Source of the DNA: Setoptus koraiensis | Lineage: Eukaryota; Animalia; Arthropoda | DNA: 64,000 nt | Direction: 5' to 3' | NCBI GenBank assembly: GCA_048013815.1 | Contig: CM106585.1 | Location: forward strand, 10,354,001-10,418,000 | Shown: positions 51,423-63,714 of the stretch, in pieces | How positions within the stretch are numbered: position 1 is the first letter of the stretch | Layout: each line of letters opens with the position of its first letter | Position numbers and translations under genes: made by a program | The notes under the pieces: model-generated | Told to the model about the DNA's origin: nothing | What the model saw: only the letters and a program-made list of their open reading frames with translations | The model's database searches: none

Positions 51423-54400
51423 GTAAGTCCGCACCATCTACTGTCCGCCTTTACTGTGCGCTCTATCTACTGTAACTAGCAGCCATTGCAAGACGGGCTC
51501 GGCCGCTAATGAGCGTCGCTAATCGTGCAGGGGCCACTTGTAAGCGCGGTGCACTAAATAAAGGCACTGTTGCGCTGCCACACAAGGCCGCACTCGGCCG
51601 CACTGGGCCACACTCGGCCAGAGTTGATTAGCTGCGGCCGCCACTAGTTGAGTGGCAGTCGCGCCAGGCCGCTTGGTGATTAGCAAAAAACAACGTGCAA
51701 CATATGCCAGACAGCGCGCAAGCAACACGCACCGCGATCATAATTAACAATTGACTGGCGTGCCCATCTCAGCGGCCAGCTCCAATTTACCTGTTGTCAT
51801 TGTTGTTGGCGCTGTTGTCGTCGGCGAGTGGCCAGCCATTGAGTGGCCGGCCGACTCACTGGCTGGCGTCACCTGTTTTGGCCAACTCAACACACTCGTC
51901 ATCGTGTGTGTGTGTGAGTGTGTCCCCCCGCGATTGAGCATCGAGAGTAGCTAGTAATTAAGCGAGAGCGCCACTAATAGACCATGTTAGACCATCCATC
52001 CATCTAGCCTGGACATGATTAAAACTAACTGCTGTTGTTGGCGCTGTTTGTCAGTGTGAGCTCGAGCCAATTGATTCTGTCTCTCTCTCATCAGTTTGCA
52101 CGGTGACTTGTATAAACAGCCAACATACGGCCAAATTGTCTGCTCTTTGCGGCAACAACACTCAATACTGACTGTTGCTGTTGCTGTTGTCTAATTTGCG
52201 CCACGATAATAATTACCTGTTAGTTGTGTTACCAGCAACAGCAACAGCAGCGGCACCGGCACCAGTTGATGGCTCGTTCCTTCTCATCGATGTCATTGCC
52301 TCTGTCGCTGTGAGCCAGGCCAGGCCGGGCCGGACCAGGCCAACGCGGCTCCGGCCGCTGACCACAATCAACACTAAGATAATTATCGTTGTTGTGATGA
52401 CTTTAACAACGGCATTAATCAGCAGACGAAAGCCGATTACAAGACTGTTTGTTGGAATTATTATGAGGTGAATAGGAGCAACACGGCACACACACACAAC
52501 AAACACAACTAATTGTTGTCCGTAACCGGCAACACACACACACACACTCACACACAAATACACACAAGGCCGTCGTCTCGCATCACACAATGGGCTGAGG
52601 AGGCTTCACCTCAGTGTTGTGTCTCGTCAGGCAGGCCAATGGCGCCAGCTAGATTGAAGGCCACCGCCGGCCACCAGGGCCAATCAGCGGGCAAGGTCCG
52701 GCAACTTATTTGTTGTGCCAATCAGAGATAATTGTGCGCCTATTTCATTATCCAATTGGCGCTGCGATGGTTGATTGGTTTGCTTGGCTGGCACAACAAA
52801 CGCGCGATGCATGTGCCCAGTGTTTTATTCAATAATAATAATAATAATAATAACACTATACAATAATAATGATAATAACGATAATAATTTAATATGTAAG
52901 AGTCTATTTAAACTATTGCAAACGCATAACCGGCAACAGACGACGATAAGTGATGAAATGGGGCGTTGAGTGTGCGATTGACATTATCACACCAGAGCGA
53001 AATGTCATGTCACACATTTGTATTGGCGCTGTGTGTAATAATTGTCAGATTGGAGCTGTGTGTAATCATTGTGAGATTGGCGCTGATTAGCAGTGAGCGC
53101 GTGATGCGCAAAAATGAGCTGCTGCTGATATTTACATGCGCTTTGTTATTATTATTATTCATCCTGCGCACTTGATCACTTGATGATGATGACGAAAATG
53201 GCAAAAATAATCAACTGGAGCTGAAATGTTATAATTAACGAAAGTGCAACGTTAAAAGTCATTTAGTGCTGCGACTATTGACTATTGAGCGACGACAGTG
53301 AAACAACAACAATGACAATCTTTTCAATCTATTCAAACAACAAGAAATATAATTGATGATTACCGACAACAACGACAGCAGCAACAGCGGCAGCGGCAGC
53401 AGTAGCGGCCGGCTACGTACTACCGCTCGTCATGGTGATTGAGAAAATTTGATCGATAGCAGCAGACGGCGATCAACGATAATACAATAACACAATAATC
53501 ATTATCGCCGTCTATCTATTTAAATGTTCTATTCAAATGTTGTGCTAGCAGCAACAACAACAACAGCGTCGTCGTTTAGATGATCGCTTAATTTTACATA
53601 AACAATTTCGCTTGGGCAAACAAGCGGCCAATTGGCAATTTGTAATTCACAACGACGAGCGTCGTCAACTGTGTTGTGAGCGTTGAAATCGCAATTGAGC
53701 GATGACAATATTCCTTTCTGGTTCGCTCGTCAATTAAAAACGCCAACCAGTTCGCTCGTTGCCCGCAAGTTCGCTCGTTGCCCGCAAGTTCGCTCGTTGC
53801 CCGCAAGTCCGCTCGTTGCCCGCAAGTTCGCTCGTTGCCGACACAAGTGAACTGGCGATAAGTGTATCATCGGCGCGTTGAGCTGACAAATTCGATTGTG
53901 AATTTCAATTATTGAAACTGATCGGCCGCAGCCTGGCCAGGCGCACGTTGTCACAGTGTTGAAACGGGAATCTCAAGTGTGTTGGGAGTGGGCGCTGAAA
54001 CAAGCACTCGCTAATTGTTGTTGCTTTCGTTGCACGTCGATTAATTTCGCTGTTATCACACTGTGTGTTAGCTAACAGCTTGCAATGCAGTATCGATGAT
54101 CGTTGCACGGTGGCAGCCGCTCATCGCGACTCGCGAGTGACTCATGGCCGACGATTTGATTTTTGTTGTTTTTGTTTTTATTTTTAATTTTGTTTTCATT
54201 TCCATTTTTTTGTTTTTGCTTCTATTGTCAGCCAGTTGTTGCTGGCAGCGGCAGCAGCGTGCTGCTTGTTAGTGAACTTGTTAGCGCTGCCAGTTATCGA
54301 ATGTGTCGGCCTGTTGATAGTGGAGTTTGCAATAGTTCGCTATCGAACTATTGGCAACTATACACGCAGCATCGGCAGCGTGCAATAGGCGACGAATGTA

Positions 54401-55073
54401 ACACTCTCTTGTCGAGTGTGTTAACTGGGCCGCCACAATTGAGCCTCGCTGCCGATGTTTACAGCACGCCGCATACTGCTGCTACGCATTGAGCAGCACT
54501 GCTCATGCCGCCGCTAATTCGGCTAATTCGATCCACACCAACATTCGATTTGCGTCGATGAAGCGTCTTTATCGACACGCCGGTGCCAGCGCAAATGTTC
54601 GATCTCGTTCGATACTCGCCGACGCTCGCCGATACCCCGATACGCTGTGCAACCGCGCGGCACCGCGATAATTCAATCATTGCGTTATTCAGACAAATGG
54701 CAAACGCTGTTTATGCAAATATTTAGTAATTATCGCTTATTATCATTCGGCCAGCAGTCACACTAATGACGCACTAATCACGCAGCGCTAATTAGATCAG
54801 CCAGACAAGCATTATCTACATTTTAGACTCATTTTAGATCACCAGACAGATAGGCGCACAATCGGCCGAACAATCGCCCGAATAATCGCATACCAACACC
54901 ATTGTAACTAACTCGCAATTGTCTCGCCCACTTTTACAAATGAATCGTCACAATTATTAATAACGAACCAATTATTAAACCAACCAACTATTAATATTAA
55001 CAAACTATCAAACGCACGGTGATGAATCGATGATTGAAACACTGCTCATAAACACTTCATGATTGATACACAG
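51423..55073 (+). other. zfh2: Intron between the two zfh2 coding exons (3651 bp, GT-AG, phase 1)
   Basis: Donor GTAAGT at 51423. Acceptor ...TACACAG at 55073 is the first AG after an in-frame TGA (55064-55066). Joining G + GA gives GGA and continues in the frame of the 2559-aa ORF ([13 protein letters not shown]). The pyrimidine tract is weak. Confidence 0.8.
53749..53839. repeat. 19-bp minisatellite (AGTTCGCTCGTTGCCCGCA) x5, intronic
   Basis: Direct inspection. Confidence 0.95.
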
Positions 55074-58000
55074 GACCCGAGCTGGCCAAACACAGCGTGC
55101 TGAGCGCACAACAAACAAATTTGTTATTAGGCAATAACAACAACAACAACAACAATCAGGATAATCACAGCGGCAACAACAGTTTTATAGACGACGAGCC
55201 AGACTACAACGACATCACCACCAGCACCACAACCACATCAACCACTATCAACAACAATACCACCAACGCAAGCAACAACAATTCTACCGATACCAACGCC
55301 AACAATAATGCCCCTGACGGCCACCATCACCACCACCACCATCACTCTGTAGATAACAACAGCGACTCGGAGGACAACAACCACGCCAACAATCACACAG
55401 GCAACAACTCGTCGTCGCTTCTCAGCCAACAGCATCAGCTCATGGTGGACCAATTGAAAATGGCCGCAGCGGCCGTCGCAGCAAACCAACAACAACAACA
55501 ACAACAGCAACACAACAACTCCTCTGGTCCTGGCAACGACCATCTTGGCGACAACAGGCAACAACAACAAGACTCTCAACAGCAACAACAGCATCAGGCC
55601 ACTGCCGCAGCCATGGCCGCGGCCATGTTGGTTGCCCAACAGAATCCCACCGCTATAGAGGACTACATGAATTCGCAAGAGATTGCCGAAGATAATTACG
55701 ATGACCCAAGCAGAAAATATAAATGCCATCGTTGTAAATTGGCCTTCACAAGGCAATCCTATCTAACTGCACACAATAAAACATTGTTTCATAGGAAAGG
55801 TGAAAAACTAAGTTATCCCATGGAAAAATATCTAGATCCAAATAGACCATTCAAATGTGAAATATGCAAGGAATCGTTCACACAAAAATCCATACTATTA
55901 GTGCACCATAATAGTGTGTCGCATTTGAACAAATTACGCCAATCAAGAAAGCAACAACAACAACAACAACTTAGTCAACAGCAACAAACAACAAACAACC
56001 AACAGCACACCAATAAGCCAGATCAACAACAATTACAGGCAAACCAAAACACAAATCCAACAAACAATCTACTGCAGAACCAACTCATCTACAACCAGGT
56101 TGAAAGTGTTGTAAGTCGCCTAAGTCAACAATTGAACAACCAAAAGCAACAACCAAACCAACGACATCAAAGTCCCATAAATAACCAACTGCAACAACAA
56201 CAACAACAACAGAATAGCATCATGCTGTCTCATAACAATAGTCTGGTCAATGGCAACAACCAATCCAATAATGATGCCACTAACTCCTCTGCTAATGAGC
56301 AAATGCTAACACAAACTATGATAATGAGATTGCTACAACAACAACAACAAACTGAACAATTGCAAAAGCAACAATCTCAATTCGATAATATAAGAGCCAA
56401 GTTGGGTTTAATTGGAAGCTCTGGTTCGCCACAAGTGGGCGTATTCAATCAGCTTGATATCAGCTCGCAAGTTAACAATCAAAACAATAGTGGCACCAAC
56501 AACAAAACTGCGACACAAACTAATGTCAAGCAGCATGTGTCCATGCCTGGTGCTATGATGATAGATGATAATTTGTATCAACATTTGAATGGTCAACTGC
56601 AAGCTAGCGCCGCTGCATCACAAGCGGCAAACTCGTTCAATTCACTAGCAAACAATAGTAGTAATAACAATAGTAGTAAGTTCAACACAGTTCTGTACAA
56701 GAATCTATTGGAGACATGGGGCCACGAAGTTGTGATGCAGTTTATTGAGAATCATCAACGAATTAATAAGCAACATTCGCAGCAACAACAATTGAACAGC
56801 TCATTGGCAGCACATGATAGTTCCGATCAAGGAGAGCTCATGCATGGAGCTGAGGACTTGATTGCATCAGCAAATGCTGCTATCATTGATATGAATAACG
56901 ATTTCGATGATAATGCTGACTCTGACGACGGTGTCGACGCCGAAGTTAGCCGAGTTATCGCTCAAGCTATTGATGAGGTGAGCAAAAATGTTGATGATAA
57001 TTGTCAAAGCTCGAAAATTTCAACAGAGGAACAAACAATCTCTCAAGATGCAGAGTCAGATACCACCGGTGAATCTAAGTCAATTTGTTGGACTTGCTCC
57101 AAGCAATTCTCTTCTATATGGGTGCTAAAAGCACATCAAGAGGAAGTACACAAGAACTATATCAGTATTGATATTGTTAAACAATTTGCTTATAATTATA
57201 GTAAATCAACAAGCAAAAATCCACAACAAGTTTCACCCACCATCTCAACTAAGTCCTCCTCTTCAATTTCATCTGCTTGCCTAACGGCTAGCTCTATATC
57301 GCCTAGTTCCAATAATAACTTTTCTTCCGAGAAGCATAGCCAAAATAAAACGGTTGATCATCATCAACAACACACTGTTGCAACCAACAAACAATTGTCG
57401 GCTATACTCTCAGGCGAAGAATCCTCTTCAATTGGAACTTCATCAGTGAGTAATCAACAAAAGTCTTCATCTCCCTCGTCGAATCAAAACTCGAAATCTC
57501 ATCAACAGAGTGGCAACACAAGCAACTCTAATGATTCAAATCAACAACATACTCCAGCAACTAGAAGAAGTACTAGATTGAATCAGCAGCAGACGCAACA
57601 ACCAAAACAAACTAGTAACCCGACGTCATCTTCATCTCATTCGCACCAATCTCAACAACAAAACCAAATGTCATCTCATCTAACATCGCACTATCAAAAC
57701 CAGCAGCAAGACCAAAGCTCAACAAGACCACAAAGTAGATCATCTCCCTCTATGGGTGCTCACCTTCAGGCTTCCACTACGCCTAATTCCACATCCTCGC
57801 ATCAGTCGTCGTCTGTTAATAGTCGCAATCAAATGAGTCAGCAACAGCAACAAATATTGAATCAGTTGAATCAAATGAATTCACAACAGCAGCATCAACA
57901 ACAACAGCATCTTTTGGCAGCTCAGTTGATGCACCAACATCAGATGAACCCACCAGTCTCAAGTGTTGGAAATCCTATGATGGCAGATTTGTTTGGCGGT

Positions 58001-61000
58001 GCCCACAATGTCAATCCATTACTAGCTAACAAATTGTTCGACCCAACCGCGATGGCAGCCTTGGCAGCAGCTTCAAACGCTCAACAAGTGTCCGCAGCTC
58101 CATCCCACCCGTTTGTCGGCATGAATCCGCTTGCCGGTTTACAACTTCCCAATCAACAAGCAGGGCAATCGGGCTCTCAACAAATGGATGCTGCCAACCA
58201 AATGGCCACCCAATTGCAATTCAGTCAGCTCATAATGCAAATGAGTTTGGCTGGTATGGGAATGCACCCAGCCACTGCAATGAGCGGAATGAACCCATTC
58301 GCGGCAGCAGCCCTCATGGCGGGAGGTGTTCCCCCGCCCATGATTCCTTTTATGATGAACCCTCAATTTGCTGCAGCGGCCGCTGCCGCGCAACAGAACC
58401 AACAACAAGCTCAGGATCAATCGGGGCCTCAGATGGATCCGATGATGCAAGCTATGATGGCTTCGTTGTCAGGCCAGCAACAACATCAGTTTCAACAACA
58501 GCACCACCAACAACAACAGCATTCTGGTCAACAAGCTATGGCCGCAGCTCTCGCTGCCGCCGCTTCAAATCAGCAAGCAGCAGCAGCTGCAGCACGATTC
58601 AGGCCCTCGGATCGGTCTCCCCTGCCATCATTAGCCGGTATGAGTGATCAATCGGGTCTTGCTGGTTTGGGCGGCGATGATGACCAACAGGCACTGATGG
58701 CTCAATTGGCTAAATTTATTGCCAACAGAAACCAGACAGGCCAGTCAAACCCATCAGTGTCAGGCTTGAGTGGTTCACCTAGCTTGTCCTCTTCGCATCA
58801 GATGAATCATCTAGGATCTCATCAACAACAATCATACCCGACTAGTGCCAACCAACTCCATCACCAACCTAGCACAATTACCACTTCAGCTTGTGCCACC
58901 AACATAACATCATCGTCTTCGGCCTCATCAGGTTCTCATCACCATCATTCGCAACAGAAGCAATCTTCATCGTCAGTATCATGTAATAATAATAATAACA
59001 ACAACAATAATAATAATAATAATGATTCAGCTGTGGCGGCTGCAGCGATGGCAGCGGCTCACCAGCAGCAAGTTGCGGCGGCCGCAGCGGCTGCTCTGTC
59101 TGTTCAACAGCAAAAACGAGCCCGAACTCGCATAAGTGAGGAGCAACTGAAAATATTACGGCAATACTTTGATATAAACAATTCGCCCACTGAAGAGCAA
59201 TTGCAAGAGATGTCAATAAAGTCTCAGTTGCCGTTGAAAGTGATCAAGCACTGGTTTAGGAATACTCTTTTCAAAGAGCGCCAACGAAACAAAGATTCAC
59301 CTTATAATTTCAACAATCCGCCTGTGTTAGCACTAAATTTGGAGGAATATGAAAAAACTGGTGAGGCTAAGGTGACACCCATTGCTGATCTAGTCAATCA
59401 GCAACAGCAACAACAATTGCTTGAGTCTCTAAAAAATCAATCGATTGCAATAGATCAGCATTCCACTATTATAGGTAACGCTGATAACGATGATGAGGAT
59501 ATGCAAGCCAGCGACAATGTTGAATCGCATGGTGTCAATCCATTGAGCTCAATTAATAGTGATGTTGCATGTGATTCAAATAACGATAGTGCTAATAGAA
59601 GAATGAAACGATCAAGTCAGCATTCTAACGATAGTGATGCAGATGAAAGTGACAATAATGATGAGCATCAATCGGAGTCAATTTCATTCCGACGCAAAAA
59701 GCGAAAACTTCATCAAGTTGCTGCTTCATCTTCAGAGCCAGTTGTAGTACCAGCTGACGGGACAAATACTAATTCGTCTGGTAAAATTAAACAAGAAGCT
59801 AGAGAAGAAGAGCCGGATGAGAACGAAGAAATTGTTGACAAGCAAGAAGTAGAGACTGATACAGCCACTACTAATGCTGACAAAAAGAAACAACGACAAC
59901 CAACTAACCATGTGATGAACATTCTTATGCAAAGCCCCGAATCGGCGGACAATTTTAGTGATGACGACGGCTCTGAATTAAATCAACTGAATTCATGGCA
60001 TCACGACGACAACATTATGGACAAGCGAGAGTATGATGATGATGAAGAAGATGATATCTCCAGTAGAGCATCGTCGTCTTCTATGAATCGATCTAGTCAA
60101 CAACACCAATCAGGTCATCAGCAGCATTTAGGTGACTCTACTAGGTCCACAAGAAATAGTCGCAGCAATCAACAACAGCAGCGCCATCTGACCTCAGCCA
60201 GCCAATCTTCTGAAAAATCTAGACTTAATCTGTCCAATAGTTACGCTAATGAAGATAATCATTCTTTAGAGTCACCATACTCACAAGCAAATTCCTTAGC
60301 TGCCAATTCTGTCAATACAGGTATTGGTGCTTCCTCAACTACAACGTTGTCGCCATCGCAGCTTCAGCAACAAATGTTTGATCAAACATGGGCAAATGTT
60401 GGCGGTTCGTCTGCCTACGCACTTGGATCCATGTCAGGTAATGCCAGAAATCAATCTTGTGGCATTTCATCCTCGATGAATTCTTCATCATCCAAATCGA
60501 AACGAGCCAACAGGACACGTTTCTCAGATCATCAAGTAAAAATGCTACAAGAATTTTTCGAGTCTAATGCTTATCCAAAAGACGACGATCTGGAGTTTCT
60601 GTCTAAGAATCTTGGCCTATCTCCTCGAGTTATTGTTGTTTGGTTTCAGAACGCCAGACAAAAAGCCCGCAAAGTCTATGAGAATCAGCCGGCTGTTAGT
60701 GAAGATGAATCCACTGATATGATGATGAATCATCAAATGCCTTCTCCGTCAGGATCTTCAGTCACAGGAGGTGCCGAGCAATCCGTCGGAGTTCTAGGCA
60801 ATCAATCTGGGTCATCATTGAATTCAAACCAATCATCAGGAGCGAATCTTTCAGGTGCTTGCGCAAACACTTTGAATAGTAGCAATCTAAACAATACTAA
60901 TAGCGGCAACACCAGTGGTAACAATAATAACAAAGATAGCCTAGTGAATTCAACTTCATCTGCTTCAAGTAATAAGCAAGCCTTCCAGAGGACTCCTGGT

Positions 61001-62776
61001 CTGAATTATCAATGCAAAAAATGTTTGCAAGTCTTTCAGCGTTATTACGAGCTAATCAAGCATCAAAAGAGCTCTTGTTTCAAAGATGAAAACCCCATTG
61101 CTGCGCAGCTTAAGCTAGCCAATAGCAAAAAGCAGCAGCAACAACAACAACAGCAACAACAAGAACAACAACAATTGAATGATAGACAAATGATGTCATC
61201 TAGAAACTCTGCCTCATCTTTCAGTCCTGATGCTCTCAGTCCAAACAATATTCAAGATCAGCTAAATTCTTGGCAATCCGATGGAGGTAACTCCAGTAGA
61301 ACAGTGTCGCCCAGCGATCAACAGCAGCAGCAACAACAACAACCACAGCAGAGCAAGTCATCTACTAGCAAGACCAAGAGCTCAAATAACAGAACAACAA
61401 CCAACGGACCTCTGAATAGCGCTATGGGCCACAACAGTACCGTCTCATCCAATCACCTTCAACCTGACCGCAACCAATCTCGTTCTGCCACTCCCCCATC
61501 ATTAGCGGCGCCCACAGCGGCAACAATGTTGCCTGAGGCGCAACAACAAATGTTGAATAGGCTAGAGCTGTGGCGCGACAATCAATTTGTCCAAATGATC
61601 AAACCACATCTATTGATGCCCAATGCCTTTAGAGCTGGCGGTGTGGCCGGTTCGGCAGCTGAACAGTTGAATTTAAATCTCAACCAAATGCTTAGTGCTG
61701 TGGCCGCTGGCGATACAAGCCAACTGACACATAGTTTAACAGCCCAATTAGGCAATCTGGGTGGCGGAGCTGACTTCAGCAGTTCAGACAGGAACACCGA
61801 CACACCATCCAATCATCATCAACAGGACGGTGCAGCTAGTTTAACTGGTGGCCAACTAGGTGGTGCCAATAATAAATCATCATCGTTTTTGTTAGATCAA
61901 GATGGCGACAATTCAACTGATGCCTCTATGACCTATAATAATGATAACAGCGTTAATCACCATTCAGTGTTAGGTTCGTCGTCGTTGAATAACAGTGGTG
62001 GTAATCATCAAAATAGTGGTGGAAACAATGCAAATAATAGTAGCACAAATAATAATAGCAGCAGCAACAATAATAATAATTGCTCAAGTGGTGGCGGTAA
62101 TAACAACAATAGAGATAAAAGATTAAGAACACAAATATTGCCAGAGCAATTAGATTATCTATATCAGCGCTATCAACAAGAGTCAAATCCATCCCGAAAG
62201 ACATTAGAGACCATAGCTCAGGATGTTGGCCTTAGCAAACGGGTAGTACAAGTGTGGTTTCAGAATACTAGGGCCCGCGAGCGTCGAGGTCAATTGCGAA
62301 CCTCGCATGTTGTTGCACAGCAGCAAGCCGCCCAAGCCCAACATCAGGCACCAAGCGCCGGAAACAACAACACCAACAACAGCCAAAATAATAACAGCAA
62401 AAACAACTTGTCAGCATCAATGGCCAACAGCGGCTTAGGCACTAATCAAAATAGCAACAACAGCTTGAGCGACGGCAACAACAACAATTTTGCCTCAACT
62501 GATTTGAGCAGCGCCAATGCGGCCGCCGCTGCAGCAATGGCCGCCCTCATGAGCAACGGGGCCGGCGGTGTCGGATTTGCACCACTAGATTTGTCCAGTA
62601 GCAAAGCACTAATGGCAGGTTTAAGTCAATTGAGCGCACTCACTGGTGGCCAGCTCAATTCCATTTATGCCAATGCAGGCCAAACTGGTGCACAGGTGAG
62701 AGGCGCAGCCGTGGATAACTCTAGCAAGTATGATTTTGATGATGACGATGATGACGATCAATCGATGGACTATTGA
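55074..62776 (+). CDS. zfh2: Zfh2/ZFHX3-4 family protein, giant second coding exon (4 zinc fingers, 3 homeodomains, Q/N/S-rich linkers)
   Basis: Uninterrupted 7.7-kb frame containing [37 protein letters not shown], the ZFHX-type [16 protein letters not shown] motif, [24 protein letters not shown], and two further ZFHX-type homeodomains. Stop TGA at 62774-62776. The GTG start in the ORF track (55097) is not the true start. Confidence 0.93.
55718..55792 (+). other. zfh2: C2H2 zinc finger 3 ([25 protein letters not shown])
   Basis: C-x2-C-x12-H-x5-H pattern followed by the [19 protein letters not shown] linker. Confidence 0.93.
55850..55924 (+). other. zfh2: C2H2 zinc finger 4 ([25 protein letters not shown])
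   Basis: Closely resembles the conserved ZFHX KESFTQKNILLVHYNSVSH finger. Confidence 0.95.
57080..57151 (+). other. zfh2: C2H2 zinc finger 5 ([24 protein letters not shown])
   Basis: C-x2-C-x12-H-x4-H pattern; matches the ZFHX finger that precedes homeodomain 1. Confidence 0.9.
59111..59290 (+). other. zfh2: Homeodomain 1 ([26 protein letters not shown]...[13 protein letters not shown])
   Basis: 60-aa homeodomain with the atypical WFRN (Arg50) helix 3 characteristic of ZFHX HD1. Confidence 0.97.
60500..60679 (+). other. zfh2: Homeodomain 2 ([26 protein letters not shown]...[13 protein letters not shown])
   Basis: ZFHX HD2-type sequence. Confidence 0.97.
61007..61078 (+). other. zfh2: C2HC-type zinc finger 6 ([24 protein letters not shown])
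   Basis: Matches the finger that follows HD2 in ZFHX proteins. Confidence 0.9.
62114..62293 (+). other. zfh2: Homeodomain 3 ([26 protein letters not shown]...[13 protein letters not shown])
   Basis: ZFHX HD3-type sequence. Confidence 0.97.
62582..62596 (+). other. zfh2: PLDLS CtBP-binding motif
   Basis: CCA CTA GAT TTG TCC in frame; exact PXDLS consensus. Confidence 0.7.
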
Positions 62777-62929
62777 TGCCCATACGCAATAGAAAATACA
62801 TTGCACATACATTGCATATAGGGTCAGCGTGTGCCACAAAGCGAAATACAGATAGATAGATGGATTGATAGTTGGAAAGAACTAGAGTGAAAGAAATGAT
62901 GATGACTTATTTCTTTATTTATTTTCCAG

Positions 62930-62983
62930 CCTAACCCTACCAATGAGAGCGAGAGGCAGCCTCAGCAGAATGAAAGTGCCCTC
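62930..62983 (+). other. zfh2: Candidate alternative 3' coding exon (PNPTNESERQPQQNESAL)
   Basis: Acceptor TTATTTCTTTATTTATTTTCCAG| in phase 0 with an internal donor CAG|GTGAGA at 62696; ends at CTC|GTAAGA or reads through to TAA 63005-63007. Confidence 0.4.
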
Positions 62984-63115
62984 GTAAGAGCGATACACCT
63001 AGCTTAAATTATAAGTTTAGTCACAGTGAGTCTTAGATGAATGTGCTTTGCTGATTATGATGTTAATGATTATCACTATTATTATTACTATTATTATTAT
63101 TAGCATTATGATTTG

Positions 63116-63121
63116 AATAAA
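63116..63121 (+). terminator. Candidate polyadenylation signal
   Basis: AATAAA within an (ATT)n tract, followed by U-rich sequence at ~63170-63200. Confidence 0.35.
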
Positions 63122-63518
63122 TTATTATTATTATTATTACTAATTTATTAATTATTATTTAGCAAAAGAATCGTTTTTAGTTTTTCCTTCTTTTTCTGTT
63201 CAAGAAACCCTTTTTTCGCGAAAAAAACCTTGTCATTCTTTTAGTTAATGCTCTCTTAATATGTTTGGTTCGGCCATTTACATCTACATTTCATTCGCTT
63301 TAATAGCTTTTACCTTCTGTCGTAGACGTCTATCAGCCTGTAGTGTAGCGGGTCTGGCCCGAACACATCAATTGATCTTGGCAACAGCAACAACGAGCAA
63401 GTGGCTCTAATCTTATTAACACGATGATGGCCAGTTATAGAAATATTGTGATACTAAATTGGATTTTTTCTGCTCCTAAATGAAGAAAGAATTTACCTAA
63501 AGAAGTAGAGAGAATAAT

Positions 63519-63524
63519 AATAAA
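63519..63524 (+). terminator. Second candidate polyadenylation signal
   Basis: AATAAA, with ATTAAA at 63553-63558. Confidence 0.3.
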
Positions 63525-63657
63525 TGAAAAACGAGGAAAACGGACGGGCGTTATTAAAGCAATTTCAAATTACTACCCAGGCCAGATTGGTTTTTCTTTC
63601 TGGCCAGTGAACAACAGTTTACAAGTTTCATTCGACATAATGAACACTATATCACAC

Positions 63658-63714
<57 letters not shown>

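Noticed and set aside
51423-51475. Read-through C-terminus of the 135-aa ORF ([17 protein letters not shown])
   Set aside because: Lies after an exact GTAAGT donor and is most likely intronic
55097-55099. GTG start assigned by the ORF track
   Set aside because: The frame is entered by splicing at 55074; eukaryotic gene with an upstream coding exon
56111-56116. GTAAGT inside the long exon as an unannotated intron donor
   Set aside because: Frame stays open and coding-like on both sides; no matching acceptor identified
55238-62839. Minus-strand ORFs overlapping the zfh2 exon
   Set aside because: Antisense shadows of the low-complexity coding strand
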